From contig CM120641.1 in assembly GCA_051362555.1 (NCBI GenBank), forward strand, positions 42,910,401 through 42,974,400: a DNA stretch of 64,000 bases, written 5' to 3'. Below the pieces are notes generated by a model. The model searched no databases. It was not told the DNA's origin and saw only the letters and a program-made list of their open reading frames with translations. The translations under genes and the position numbers were made by a program. This DNA comes from Lingula anatina. Taxonomy: Eukaryota; Animalia; Brachiopoda. This document shows, one piece after another, positions 1 to 52,546 of the stretch. Position 1 is the first letter of the stretch; each line of letters opens with the position of its first letter.

Positions 1-1541
1 TCTTCTTGCAGTTTATTGCTGATATTCCCCTGAAGACAAGATTACGCCTCCAGACTTTGCTGATAAATTTACCATTCTGTGAGTCTTTCTCTTTCTGTCA
101 ATGAGGGTCAAATGTTTTATGTTAACGTTATTAACGTTATTTGTTGGAAATAAATGAAGGCGCTCTCAACAGTTTACACGATCAGCTAAATTAATATTTA
201 CTTCGTGCTGTAAAATGTAACGTCTTGACCATTCGTTTGATACGCTACTTGAAATGAAGTGTTATTTCATGTTTCCCTTAAGATGGAATGCTCAGTTTTC
301 ATTCCTTTCTACTTTTTAAAAATCCGTATACCATTTATGAATAGTTTGAAGTCAAATTTAAAACAAACAAAATTAACCGTTCGAATTTCAAATCAAGGTG
401 TTTTTCAAAAACCGTGACACGCGAAAGCATTGTTTTCTTTCTATCTTGGCTCCATGTTTTTAGAGAAAGCAGGTGCCACAATTAAACGCTGATTAACGAC
501 CTAGACAGAAACATTATTCATGGACGGCGTGCAACTCAACAGGCAATATTACTAACTTCGATTCAGAGCCTTCATCTCACCCTTTATGTTAACCCAGCTG
601 CTTTTTCTGATACGAGTTTTGATTTTTTTTTCGCGGCGTGATGTAATATTTAGAGAAGTAATTTTTCGGCAATTGCAGTTAGGGCAATTTCAGTGAGCAA
701 GGATAGTTGTTCGAAGTAAGGAGGAATAGCCACAGGAAGAATCGCCAAAAAGAGTAGGAGCGTGGGAATATGAGGGGGCATTTTTTTATTCATAGCCTAC
801 AATAGTTCTAGAGAATCACGTGTTATGAAGCATTAGTCACAAGATCATAACCAAGACATCCTCCAAATAAAGTGTCAGTAAAACAAATAGTACTGACAGG
901 CATTGATAATTTTATGAAAATTAGAACATTATTTAACATAAAGACGCACTATCCTCGTGTTAACACTAAAATCTCGGACAAAAAAGAGGCAGGCTTATGT
1001 TCAGTTTTTGGTTTAGAGACACGAAAAACTATTGCATTTACCATGCGTTGACTTACAATTAGTTCATGTTATATGTCACGGCACAACCATGACAGTTCCA
1101 TCTCTCTCTCTCTCTTTCTCTCTCTCCGAAATATTTAATAAATTGCAATATGATATAATTGAGACAAGTTAACTTTGAGCTCTAGGTGTCCATCAGCTCC
1201 ACATCGACATACCTTTACATATATAACGGAATCTCTTTATCAATTTCCCCTCGACCTCCTTCCAAATCTTCGTCTTCTGAACAGGACATGACACCTCACT
1301 CCCTAACCTCGACAATTCGACATTAAAGTTAGACACTATGGGCTTGCCGCCATGACTGTGATAGAGTATCACGTTAGCTAATGTCTCGACCCTTTCATCA
1401 TATAGGTGGCTAACGGTACCATGGGTATTTACCGCAAGAAAGTTTGAGTTTACACAAGTATTGTATAGCTTTTGCGCAAACCTTAACGCGATTGGTCAAG
1501 GCATTCATGAGCAAACAAGCCGTCTCAAAAAGGTTCTCTAA

Positions 1542-1743
1542 GAGTGCATTCCCATAGATTTATAACGATCCTAGCTCCCTGGGGGTTCACGCTAAATTGC
1601 TGTTAGCCGAGCGCGCACGGTAGTTAAATACCCCCTTACAGCTTTTAGTAGGCGGGACAGACATTTAAGCCGGCTAAGCTGACAGTAATCTAGTTAGACT
1701 CCCCACAGGGATAGATCGATCTAAAATCTGTGGGAATGGGGTC
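1542..1743. mobile_element. MITE (~200 bp), probably PIF/Harbinger-type
   Basis: TIR CATTCCCATAGATTT ... AAATCTGTGGGAATG with TAA/TAG flanks; a second copy lies at 38258-38472. Confidence 0.8.
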
Positions 1744-4700
1744 TAGGCCAAGAATATGGTGCCTCCAATAAATGCCTCTGCAAGTTTTCTGCTCGTTACA
1801 TTCCCTTTATTAATTTATTTATCAGTAGAATAATACGAGAGTCTTCTTTGACAAAGAAGGGACATGTCTTTTCTTTTATTGTTCAGAGAAAAATAATCAG
1901 TTCACATAGAACAGTTTTTTTTCGATATAACCATTCACTAAATTAGAAAAAAGGGCGTAGCAGAATTTAATCTTAAAATCACTAACTGCATTTTTTGCAA
2001 GGAATTCTATAGTCTATTTGCTAAACATATAATTTCTCAATGAATAGATAATCCTACCTCAATGCTTAAAATACATATTTCCCACTTTCAAAAATCTTTA
2101 AAGAGAGATAGACGCAAGGTGAGGACAGAGCGTCTGATCCCTGTAGAGTGGCTGTATGTTTGCTGGTCCCTCGTTCTGTTTATTTTAATGTCAACCCTAT
2201 ATTTGCTGTTCTGTCTTGAAAAAGCGGGGTGAACTCTATTCACAAGTTTGAATGTCCTTATTCATTGACTCAAAATACCTAACTCTGTTGAGTATAAGTG
2301 GTTATATTAGAGCTACAGGCAAATAAATCCTACGCTTGGCGAACTTTGTAAATACGAACTACGACGAGAAACAAACACAATAAAGGCTTATGACGGGCAA
2401 CACAATGGTAGAAAATGGTAGAATGGTAGAAAAGCATAACATAAGCCAACTAAGCATTATTGAAACTCAGGGTGTAATGTAAGACGCAAAATTTAAGCCC
2501 AGATTAGGAAGAAAGACGGTTGCACTTTCAAAGGTTTGGATGGGCAGCTATAGGGAATTAGTCACGCGCGGACGTTACTATTTTGTGTAGTTTATAGACT
2601 TAAATCGCATGAATGGATACAGTAATGGGTGACCGGACCTTGCCAGTCATTGGATACGTGTTAAAGTATACATAAGAAGTAAGGCAATATCTGAGAAATA
2701 TTGCAGTATTATGAAGGATTTTAATGAAACGCTATCTTTGACCTCTCCCTTGACCACGCCCTCTCCTGTCTCTCTTGCTCTTTTACTCGGTCGACAAATG
2801 GTTATTTCCTTTTGGAAACCTTTAAACATGTATAAGATATTATTTGAGTATTATAAAAAGTCATAGTTTTAAGAGCTGCTATGATATATCATGAGTTAAC
2901 TTGAGTAAATTCGTCTATGTTGTGTATCCAGGCCTTTCGCAAATTCTTAATGGTGGTATTACCTTTAACGGCAACTGTTTTGTACAACCATGTAACAATA
3001 AAAATAATAAAACAGAGTACTGGAAGCACATGGTTTCCTTTCATATTTCTGTTATATGTGATTACATAAAGCGGACGTAGGGATACCAAATACAAAGAGT
3101 TGTGAACAACCTTTATGATTAATCCAAATACACCGCGCCCCTGTGTGCTTAGTACACTAGTATGAAAAAGAACTACTTAAAGGTGCTTATGTTACGAAAG
3201 AATGCTATAGAACGTTCTTACTTCATCAGATAATTCTGGTACATGTGTCGCTTATAAACTGACAGTTATACATTTCAACCATGGTTAGTGGTATTATACG
3301 CATTCCCTATATATATATATATTTTTTTTTTCGATCATTTATAATTTTGCGAGAAACCATTTAAGTTGTTTTAAAAATTTGCTGTTGACGGAACACCCAG
3401 AGATGGTACATTTGTTTGTGGATTCTACTATACAAGTGCCCGTATTCTTCTTAAATTCGCCAATAGCCAAACAGAGGGTATTGTCACATCCATGTTTAAA
3501 TCTGATAGTCGGCTTCAAGCTCTAAAACTAAAGAAAGAAGAGTGTGTGGCGATCGCCTTTTTTGTTGATTTTTTTACTGTCTTGCGAACTACAAGATATT
3601 ATTTGAATGACTTCTAAAGTAATGAAATGCGTTTGTCATCGATATTTCTATTCAACTAGAAGCTTCTTTTCGTTTAATACCTTTTAATGAAATGTAACAA
3701 ATGTACTACTTTTGAATTGTTCATAATTATTGTAATATTCTATTATTTGTGACAGCAGCATTATTACGGCAACTTTTTAAACGCTGATAGCTCTTATGGT
3801 GGAGTTCTGCTGCGTTTACGAAATATGACTAGAGGGGTGACAAATAACAGCCCCGGGAGCAGTAAGATACTACCTATTCAGCCCTGGATAAGTTCAACTT
3901 GTAAGAGATTTCGGTATTCAGAGCGTGTTTTATTTGCACGTAATAGCCTAATAATCTTTTGCCTATAGCGACACCCCCTTGTATATTACAGTGAACATGA
4001 AACCTATAATTCTTCTGGCTTGTCTTATATTTCTCTAAGTTCAACAGTCCTTCGAGATATATTTTATTTACTTGTACGTATTGAACAGTATCTGTCGGCT
4101 ATGATTTCTGGCTACTCAAGGTGGTGTGAAATTATTCCTCAAGGGATGTTTTTATAAGCTGATAGATGCCCAAGCCACCCAGGCCAGTAACGCTCATGAT
4201 TATTAATTTTGGGTTGCCTCTAGAGCAGATGACTTCACTGACTCCAGACCATACCAGCCCCTATTTGCTTTTTAAATTGAGTCACACATTGATCGAAATG
4301 AGTGTTGAGATTTAACCTCTGTCATATAAAGGGTTACGTAATCGTCAGGTATTTATATTTTATTAGTGTTGTGTTTCCTCCGTCGGCGTTTATTTAGGTT
4401 GGGGAATAGAAGGGAGTGGTTTGATTAAAGTACTGCATATGAATAAAGTGCCGCATCATCCAGTTTGCTTATTTCTAGAGCACGTAGGGCTTCCGTTTCT
4501 CTTACGTCTATTATAATTGGTAATAATTAATCAAATTCCATCATTAAAACTCCAGCAACTTAGATATACATTGTAACTTTAGTTCAATTCAATCAACCAC
4601 TTAACTGTGTAAAAACGTTTTGTTGTACGTATTTCTGAAAACCTGCGTTAGAAAATGCTGAACCTTAATCATAGAATTGCATATACCTGCTTGAAATCGA

Positions 4701-7700
4701 TTCAATTGTAAAATGTAATTACATGTTACCGCAGCTGAAATAATCCGTGATGTAACAGGTAAATTTGGCATTATTTATGTGTCGTAACGGATTGCTATTC
4801 TTACATTAGTATAGTGGAATTTGCAGTCGGTACGTGACTAAGTTGATAGTGACCTAACATTGTATAGTGAACAGTGTTACAGACATTTTACGTTATTTTA
4901 CGTTATTACGTTAGTTTTCTTTTTAAACAAACCTTTGATTTCGTAACTTCATGGAGGGGTTGATATTGCGATTTTACCTTGAATAATGTTTGCGTTATGT
5001 TTATTTACAGTAACATTCGTGTTGAGTTATTTTGTCAATCATCGTACATGGTTTGCAGAACAAGCATGAAAACGTCAAATAACTTTTTCTCAAATGTATT
5101 AAGAATCTCATCAAGCTTTGAAGTCAAAGAATTAAGTTTTATTCTGTTATGGTAGACATTGCATATTTACGCTTATTGTTTTAATTATTTCAAATATTAT
5201 TCTAGATAAATTAATGAAACAATTGAAAAATCAAATTTTCTGAGAAATTTGTATTAAAGATCATCTCGACTCTTTGAGACCAAAATACTCTTCGTTTATC
5301 ACTCACTATTATTTTTGCTTAAGGTACATTAGCTGTTTTAAAAGAACACTTGATGGGGTTCGCAGTAACTATATACCTGGTTCGTTTTCGGCTTCTTCTT
5401 TAGTCTCTGGCTAAGGTTCCAAATGTCTCTTCTGGATTAAATGACTGTTCTTTGTGGACATTTTCAGCCAGGAGCCAAGATTCGTTGAGTGGGTTTCTGT
5501 TTCTTCTGTTTCTTTCGTTGAAGTGGTCCGTGATTCTGCTCGTCACTTCTGTGACGTTGAGAAGGGGTCAACGCTACTCTGGCTGCCAAACTTATGAGTC
5601 TGATCTGAGATTTGGGACTATAAACAACGGATACAAAGAAAAATGTCGTAGACTATACAACTACATGAACCACGCTTAAATCAATAGGTCTCAGGTTCTC
5701 TATTGTATTATTTTCTTCCATTCCATTTACGCCGTTATTCATAAATGATTGCATAAAAGAGTATATGTTGTGAGAATTGTTTACGATAAATTGTGATGCT
5801 GTTTTCTTTATTTAGATTTTTCAACGCACCAATAACGCTTCACAGGTGGTGCCCATGGTTTTGTACACAATCTTGCTTTTGTTGCTTGACCACTTGACTT
5901 AGTCATTGTAACTGTTTAACTTGTTCAAATTTTGATTATTTTAGGTAGATTTATAAAGTTCAATTTTTGTTGGGTTATTATTATATTGCTGGTCTAACGT
6001 GGGTATCAGATATCCCCCACAGATGTTTATTTAAATCCTACACAAATTCATTTCTTTCTGTTGGATTTTTTTCCTTACGCCTATTTTGTTAATAGTTTTA
6101 GTTGTGGCCATAATAATTCGTTTTCTTTACTCAATATTTTGACGTTGGTGTTTTTTATTCCACCGCGTGTCAGCCTGGTTTCTGCTTTGACATTCTAAAA
6201 ATATATAATCGTATATATTTCTTCTCTGTATAAAGTATAGAATTGAATTTTAACTAAAAGTAAGTTCCCAAAGATTTAAAGTCTACAAGTATTTTTCGGA
6301 GAATTAGTTAGAAATCTACGAAAGAAAAGGGCTCTGATAAAAAATTTGAATTAAAAAAAAGAAAAAAATGATAAAAGTAAGAGGAAAAGCGAGTAAGAAA
6401 TATAAAGGTGGTGGTTATTAGAAACACAGCATGGGGAAGTACTTGTCGTGTGAGTGGTACTTATTTTGTTCTTAAGTGGCAGAAAATTCTTGCGGCCTCT
6501 CAGAGTGACTGTACAGACGAGGCACGTCTCATGAAGTTTGAACTTTAAAGAGCACATGCTTCATTTGGTGCAGTTTGATAAAAACAAAGGATATCTCTAT
6601 AGAAAAATGTTAAGTTAGCATCAAACACCGAAAACAAATTTAGTAAGAGGCGTAAGCTTTTGGAGTGATCAGACTTTATAACTATGTGCGTGAATTTTCT
6701 GATGAAGTTTCACACAGCTGTTTATATTTTCTGCGGTGGGAACGTGCCTTCAACGCAGAGAGTTTGCAATAGATGGCTTATCTAATGGAACTCGGTGCGT
6801 AATCAACAAATCTGAAGATCACTTGTCTTCAATAAAGCTGAGAAATGAACGGGATCTTACATCCCTTTTTCCACTCATCGGCGTAATCCGTACTTGGAAT
6901 ATCTAAATAGCCTCTCAACTGCAACAATGCTATACCATCATATATAAAACCAACTGGCTCCTTGAAGTTAAGCGGCACCCCTTGGGAAGAATATCCAAGC
7001 GCTCGACGGGAACGAAATACACAAAAAAGAAAGAAGTCTTGGCGGTTCAAGTAATTTATTTTACTTCACACGTTGGTGATTACATTTTTGCTGCTGTAAA
7101 TAAAAAAGGAACTGCACTGGATATTAAAATGCACTATTTCGTTAAAACCCAGTCTAAACAACGCAAAACGTGCTGTTAAGAATGTTAAAAGAAAAAAAGG
7201 TCACCATTTCCAAGAGGTATACAGTAGACCATAAAGTATAGACGAATATATATATCATTATTCGACTTCAGAAATCATTAAATAAATATAGGTGGTTTGC
7301 TTCTCTTTTTAGAAAAACATTTAAACCTGGACGCCTGAGATGTCATTAAGTGTAAGGTGGGATTACACTATTCAGATAATGATTTTGATTCGCTAGTCAA
7401 ACAAGTTCACTTTTGGGGCTCATTGTACCTTCTTTACCGCAAGAATTAAGAAACATTTGCCACTTTACAGTCCATTGCCTATTTTTGTTTATGATCTACT
7501 TTATAGTGCATACCCTAAAGCCATGCAATTAGTTGTTTTATACCTTTACATGAAATGTAGGTTTTCTGAGGTCGTATAAACATTGTCTACTTATAGAAGA
7601 ACTAACTATAACTACTTCCGCCAATCCTTATCAAACTATAATCGGTAGTTCTCCAAATATTTTTTTCTGTTTGCATATTTTTTCAGTCTCAAGGAGGGTA

Positions 7701-8836
7701 TTGAAAACAAGATGAACGCCTTATAATAGACTCATAATAAGCGGCTGAGATGGAAAATAACATATGTTGCTTACACAGCCTTTTTAGCTTCCTAGCGCAG
7801 TGAACAGATTGTTTAGACTACTTTACCTGCTGTAGGCTCGGAAAACCACGATTATGCGTACTCATTCGTTATAAGATGACAATTGAATCCATATAATATT
7901 TTTAATGCGCTAATTAAGATAGTTTGCCCGGATACCCTCAACCTTAACTTACTTATTAAAATGACCAAAACTGCTTTCAACTAGCAAGATTAGTCATAGC
8001 AAGATTAGTCAAAGAAATTCATATAAGTAAAAAAAGAAACAAACAAAAGAATAGCAAGTTTTATATGTTGTGAGGCTAAAAGACGCATAAAAAGGAAAAC
8101 GGGTAAAAATTCGTCTTTCAAGTTTCGGATTGTAATTTCAGTGGGATCTGTAACTTTATCAGAGATATTAGACTGAATTTTATAAAATGTAGCCTATATT
8201 TTTAAAACCATCTGCAATTCTTTTGACTCGCATTAAAAGATAGGTGCAAAGCATCAGACAGGCACATTTTCAGAAAATTTACCAAAACAACTGGACATGT
8301 TCATATTTTTTACAAATTTGTTCGAAGTACAGTTACGGTTTACGGTGCTTACGGTGTGCCCACAGTCATCACGTACAGTATTTTATTGCACTCTTCAGTG
8401 TGCTCTCATTCACACCTGATGCATTCGGGCTCTCTGCGCATCTTTGCATGTCGTGTCTTGGATGAGCGCCACCTACAGTGCCCAGAATCGAGGTAAAGGA
8501 AAATAATTTTTTTCATTGGCAAGTCATTTGCCGAATTATAATTTCGGCGGAATGGGTATATGTAAGTATTTATATCTTTCGATAGCTTAGCATGAACATG
8601 GGCACTTTATTACTATACCATTGGATTCATTGATGCATTGCGCCACCATAGCCCAATTTATGCAAGAAACATTTGCGGTAATTTTGATTAAAAGCCCCAG
8701 GTTGCAGCGCAAGTGAACAGGTCTTTCTCCTGATCAGATTCTGCTGCTGCCATTTATTGCATTAAAATTAGTACGTTATTAAGATGTCATAATACTACCT
8801 AAGATGTTTTGATTAGTGCTAGATATATAAATTTAA

Positions 8837-11055
8837 AGGGTTTCCTTCATGCCGTCAGAATGGCCTGAACGGAACATATTCTTCAGAAAACATGCCCAAC
8901 TAACGATATCTTTATCCAAATACACAAATTAAAAGCTCATTTTGTAAATTTTTGGCTTTAAAAAACGTCCTATTTGCTCGGCCTGGGAGTTAATGAGCTA
9001 CGTGGTCACGTGGTCCAATGACGACAATCGAGCCACTGGAGAACAGAGCGTGCTTAGCTGTCAAACTGAGCTGCATTGTCTACCTGTAAGATGCCTTCTC
9101 TGGCTTCTGATAAAAGTTTATACTCATTCAAATCTCTTACCCGAGGGGTCAAAATCCTCGTGAAGCTGTGTAAAACCATTTCCCGTCTAGTCATTTCTTT
9201 AACAAGCATTTCATTATGGTTATCCCAAGTTGTATAAAACACTGCATTTGAATGAGTTAAGGGAAATGTTGATTATTGCATATGAGGTCCATGTTATTTG
9301 TGAAATTCAATTTATTTTATTAAACCGCTGACACTCCGTCTTGCATACTTTTATTAAACTGAGGTAAACAATGCCCGTTACCTTTACAAGTCCTATCTTA
9401 ATCATCCATCTAACTGGAACTTCCTTTACCTCTTAATTAGAGGGTTAAATGGCATTCAATTTGTCTTGCTTGTATCGAAGGCACTCTCTATCTAAGCTTT
9501 ACTCCAGTTATCTCAGGTAAAAATCTACCTGTGCGTTAGTTACAAAGCGCAGCTCCCGTAGACCTGGGGGTACTAGATAAAATCTGAACACCAGGTTTAC
9601 CGAGGAGCTAGAGAAAGAAAGGAAGAATTTTTCCTGCACAACTTCATAGGAATTTTAACACGGACTTGATCCAGCTTAGACCTCCAAACTAACAGGGTGA
9701 CATGGGCAATTTTCACAAACAAATCATAAAACTATATTTCAGTTAACCGCCTTTAAAATAAATATACCGTTCTGGGTAAATTAAAATAGTTATTAAATCG
9801 CAAGAATATTTTTGACTTAAATGATGATTTTATTATTAATGGAAATTAAGCTACTATATGAGGTACATTTGCTGTGATTACGCTGTCCTGTTATTACCTG
9901 GCTTGGGAATTGCAGCGGTGCATAATTAACAGGTTCTTGTAAACGAGCTTTTGGTCAACTACAATGCATTTAAAATGCATCAGCAATCAGTAAGTTTGCC
10001 AACTGATGACAGTTAATCTGAAAGACTACCAGCTCTTGATATGATCTAAACCACCTGAGGTGACCATGATCTAGAGCATCGCAACTATTGTCACCGAAGT
10101 TAGTAAGTAAGTCACAGAAGACCGTCACAGACAAAGAAAGATTGTCAACGAGAGCTGCAATTTTGGTGAATCCCACGGCAACACACCGAGGCATAACGAA
10201 AATTCCTCAACTCCGTTCAACACAATTTTCCTTAACTTCTCCGTCACCATGCAGCTCAGTTGAGTCTCATAGACCTTTATCGTGATTGTCGTCACAGTAC
10301 CACGTGACCCAGATCTGTTGCTTAATTTTTGCATATTGAGGTGAGGTTTACTAAAACGCTTTTTTTCTACTAATAGATTGTTTTTATAATTTTTAAATGG
10401 CGGGGATCGATTAAAACATACCTCTAGTGTATAGATTGAGTGCTGTATCTTCAAAATTCGAGAAATGGATTTTTACATGAACATTGTCCTTTAATGCCTT
10501 CGATAGGTATATCAGAAAAATTTTCAAACTGATCAGAAAATTAAAATACTTATATCATCTGAAAGGTAATGCAAAAACCGGATGAAATCATTTGGAATTT
10601 TTTAAATATTCCTACAAGCAACAAAGATATTGAAGTTTTTTAACTGCAAAAATCCACCAAAAGTGTCCACACTTCTCAGCTCAAAACCTGTGCCCACTGA
10701 CCAGCAGTGATCACTCAGGCGCAGCAGAGCACCCTGTGTGTCTTTGTGTGCTCAGCCTATTGTCTGGCTCACATAGCCTGTGACTAATCAGGGCAAAGCT
10801 ATTTCCCTGTGGTAATTTTCACATCATGTAATATTGCGGATTAAATTAACTATACTTCGCAACCTTCAAATTTCATGATTTTTCTACATAATATAGCAAA
10901 TTTCATAAACTTTGCTGGATATAAATTTCAAAAAGATGATACCAGCACTTAACTGAAATTTTTTATCATTTTGTAGAGGCAAAGCTTAAAACAAGCAGAA
11001 CCGAAACTTGTCAAAGACTGCAACATGGGAAAATCACGTGACCGGATTTTACTCT
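8837..11055. mobile_element. Cluster of degenerate TTAA-bounded, Kolobok-like segments (8837-9198, 9974-10490, 10495-11055)
   Basis: Ends such as TTAA|AGGG, TTCT|TTAA, TGTCCT|TTAA (same end as the 45-kb element) and ACTCT|TTGA. TIR matches are poor. Confidence 0.35.
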
Positions 11056-11089
11056 TTGATTTACAACTTATTTAGTTAATGGCTTGTAT

Positions 11090-11285
11090 TAGTTTTTTTA
11101 CGCGGCGCTAAAAGAGAGATTTAAAAAAGGGGTTCCATAGGCGAACTGTCAGCAGACCGACTTCAGTTTTACACTTCACTGCCCGTGGACAGTTACGACT
11201 GTAGCGCCCCTAGCGGATTGTGATCTACCTACCTTCGACGCAAACTGTTGTGGGAAGGAGGGGGTACAGTACATGTACCAGGTGA
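11090..11285 (+). promoter_or_regulatory. Probable UNC79 promoter / non-coding first exon region
   Basis: CpG-containing patch ending at CAG|gtgata (11281). CpG depletion typical of a methylated gene body starts just after it, and an acceptor at 11671 opens the ATG-containing exon. Confidence 0.45.
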
Positions 11286-11853
11286 TATTAATCTAGAAGA
11301 ATTCCAAAGAAAGCAAGGGCCTTGTCTCCTGAGTCCTGAGAATAAGTGGTTTTAAAGAAATGTACTAGTAGTATGTTCAAAGACCCAAATCTGAAGGTTG
11401 AAACATTGCAGTTTGAAAAAATATCTGGCTACCTGTAATTTTTTCCCCATAATATGCTGTCATCAGTTGATGTCAAAACAAACCAAAAAAAAAAAAAATT
11501 GAATCATTTGAATCTAATCAGTTATGGACCAACAATCATTTGGACCTTAAGACCACCTCTGTACACAGTTGTTTGTCATGACATTTCACATAATTTTCAT
11601 TATACCAGTCAAGTGGTTTTCAAATTATTTCAGTCTTCCTTAATTGTTTTATGTGTGTAATTTCTTTACAGACCATTGAACATGAAGGTTTTTGCTGCTT
11701 GCACAGAAGTTTACATGTGGTTCCTGAACATGATCAGATTGGACAGAAATATGAAATAGTTTTGCCACAGTGATATGTATCTTACCTTCTGGTGCTGCTT
11801 AAGCAAAGCAAACTGAGTTTTTATTGGAAGGTGCTTTAACAGGAAACATCATC

Positions 11854-49965
<38,112 letters not shown>

Positions 49966-50181
49966 ACTTCCTCTCTGTGTTTGTATTTAGCTTCAGTGAC
50001 TGAAACCTGAAAATAAAATTGGGTTGATTTGAAAGACAGTTATGGTCTGCTATTTAGGAGACTAATGTCAAATTGGTTAAGACAAATTATTCAGGTTAAA
50101 CTGTTGGGAACAGACTCTTTACTCCAATTTCTCCTTTTCTTATTAGTTCCTGTGTAATTGTCACCATTAACTGACCTGACT

Positions 50182-50430
50182 GGGGCAGGTTTCACAATAG
50201 AACTTAAGTCTTAAGTTTTTCTCAATTTATCCAATATTATGTCTACTTTGATGCAGGATGAAATTGTAGTAGCCACTTGTATAGAAATATTTAGTCTTTT
50301 TCACAAAAAGTAAGAAATTGCTATTACTTTGAACAGATAGTAGCTTTATTTTAGGGGACTCTTGCTGATTTTTCCTAGTCAAAATAAACAAAAACTTGAC
50401 TAATGTATTGAAAATTTATGAAATAGGACT
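50182..50430. mobile_element. Possible degenerate MITE in the UNC79 3' UTR
   Basis: GGGGCAGGTTTCACAA ... TTATGAAATAGGACT, a weak TIR resembling that of the 31.1-kb MITE. Confidence 0.3.
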
Positions 50431-51679
50431 TAGGTGCTGTATTCCTTTCTACTCTGCTCACCATGTGATTGATGCTTTAAAAAAAATGAAACTCTGGACT
50501 GGATAATGAAGTGTCATCTGCAACTTACATGTGAGCTGTCTTGTTTTTCTGTTTATACTATGTTTCTGCATGTGTTTGAGTAAAATGCCTTGAAATCAAG
50601 TTTGAAAAATGATGTACAGTATTGGTCATGGTCTGCTTTTTTGGCTAGTTTATGTGTTTCGTTGCATGTTGTGTTATTGAGTTATCAGTGGACCTAGTTT
50701 TACTTGAATTATTATATTATCTCTGTTGCCATAGGGTATATTTTTACTGTTATTTTTGTGTTAATGGTAAATCTTTATTTTTATTTTAAAGGGACACATG
50801 ATTTTTTTGCTGAAAATGTCAGTGAATAATACTCTTACGTTGTAGTTGAATTTATTTTCATCTTCACTACCAGTATATGGTCTTTGTTTGCCGAATTCTG
50901 TAGCTAGGTTAAATATATATATATATATATATATATACTCTTATTTTATACATGTATGTAGCATGTTTAGTGCATGTTTCCTCAAATTATATTGCTTTTA
51001 TATGTTAATGAATAAATGGTGGTATGTGCAATATTTTTCATATCTAGTGTTAGGCATTGTTTGACTATTGTCTTACAAGCACTTCCAGTTGGTGTCTTTC
51101 ACCAGTAGATGCACTTCTGGTAGGCATTTAACAAATATTATTTCGTAACTTAATTTCTAGTGGTGCTATCTTTGAAAATAGTGATATTATGAAAAAGAGA
51201 ACTTCCATGTATATCTGTGAGCTTGATTCTTCTATTGGGGTTTGTCATATGCGTTGAGAAAACTAATTTAGAATATGGTCGCTTCTTTGGAAAAAAATCT
51301 GTATACAACTTGAAAAGTTTTGTAATAGTATTTAAGAATGGATATGTTTTTGCTATGGAGCTTTATTCCTGTAATGGTATTTCTCTTTTATTTTCTATCA
51401 TACTTTCTAAGTAGGAGAGACATATCTACAATATACAAATATGTTAGAATTTTTAGACACTTTTACAATGTATTGTGTTTTAACTTAATTAAAATTATTT
51501 ATTGTTCATTTTGTCACTTGAATCTCTAGCAGGTATCATTGTATGTAAATAGTAATTAAGAAAAAAAGTAAATGTTGTGATGAAAGTGACTGGCTTTGTT
51601 TGGTTTTTTTTTTTTTTTTTAATATGACAGAACTGATAAAACTTAGTGCTCTAACTTTTGATTATTGGTAGTGCTTCTG

Positions 51680-51745
51680 TTGAATCGTGCTGCCACCTAT
51701 TGGTTTTTTGTTCAAACCGCGCGAGATGGACGACTGGTGTCTAAG
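51680..51745 (+). promoter_or_regulatory. Probable WDR27 promoter / 5' UTR exon with a CTCF-like motif
   Basis: CpG patch begins after the T-tract. TGCTGCCACCTATTGG (reverse complement CCAATAGGTGGCAGCA) at 51688-51703; AAG|gtaaac donor after 51745. Confidence 0.5.
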
Positions 51746-52546
51746 GTAAACAATTTTATTTCATTTCTGTCTCACGTGTTTTAGTCAGCGTGGATTCTAC
51801 TGACTTTTAAGTAAATGTAGACATCTTATGTTTCTGTAGTAATAGTTGTACCAGATTTGCCATTTTACTGCTCCGTACACTCGTAAGCGTGTCTTTCTTC
51901 AGTAGCATATTCATGGCTGCAACACTTTTAAATCCCAGATTTCCTCTCAGTCGAATTAGCGCTACTGTTATTTTATACACGTTTTGGGAAAATATATTAA
52001 AAATATTAATATTAAAAGAAAGGTTGCACATACACTGGCGATGATCTAGCTGCTTGCAAAATGTGCCAATTTATTGCATCCCTGGTGAAGCAGAATTCGG
52101 TCCAAATTGGATCAACATATCGGTCCCCTCTACCGTTGTATCGGTACATGTCCTGGTATATGGCCCTTACTACAGTGTAGTAGTAGCACAAAAACCCATG
52201 CGTCAGCTCTCCCATTCACGATTTTATGTTTTTAAATTTGTACTATATACGTCATGATTTCCTTACCGGTGTCTTTCACCCTGAGCTTCAGAGATAACTT
52301 GCGTGTGCCATTCCCACTGCCACTCCGTTTCAAGTACTGTAACTTGAAACGGCAAAGGTATATACGCTATAGTATAATGGTTTGTTTCAAGTTATCTCTG
52401 AAGCACAGGGTTATGTTATTGCACTAGAAGTAAAAATCTTGCATATTCAAATTCGGGGGTGTAATGCATAAGTACAGGATCAACTTTGTATCGTAATTTT
52501 TCCAGTTTATGAATATGAAAAAAATTCAATAAAATACAAGGGAACC

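Noticed and set aside
12-78. Possible + strand exon (ttgcag ... gtgagt) at the window start
   Set aside because: Too short, no recognisable product, and no downstream partner exon found.
11203-11216. CTCF-like AGCGCCCCTAGCGG at the UNC79 promoter
   Set aside because: One base shorter than the core consensus spacing; not supportable without a PWM scan.
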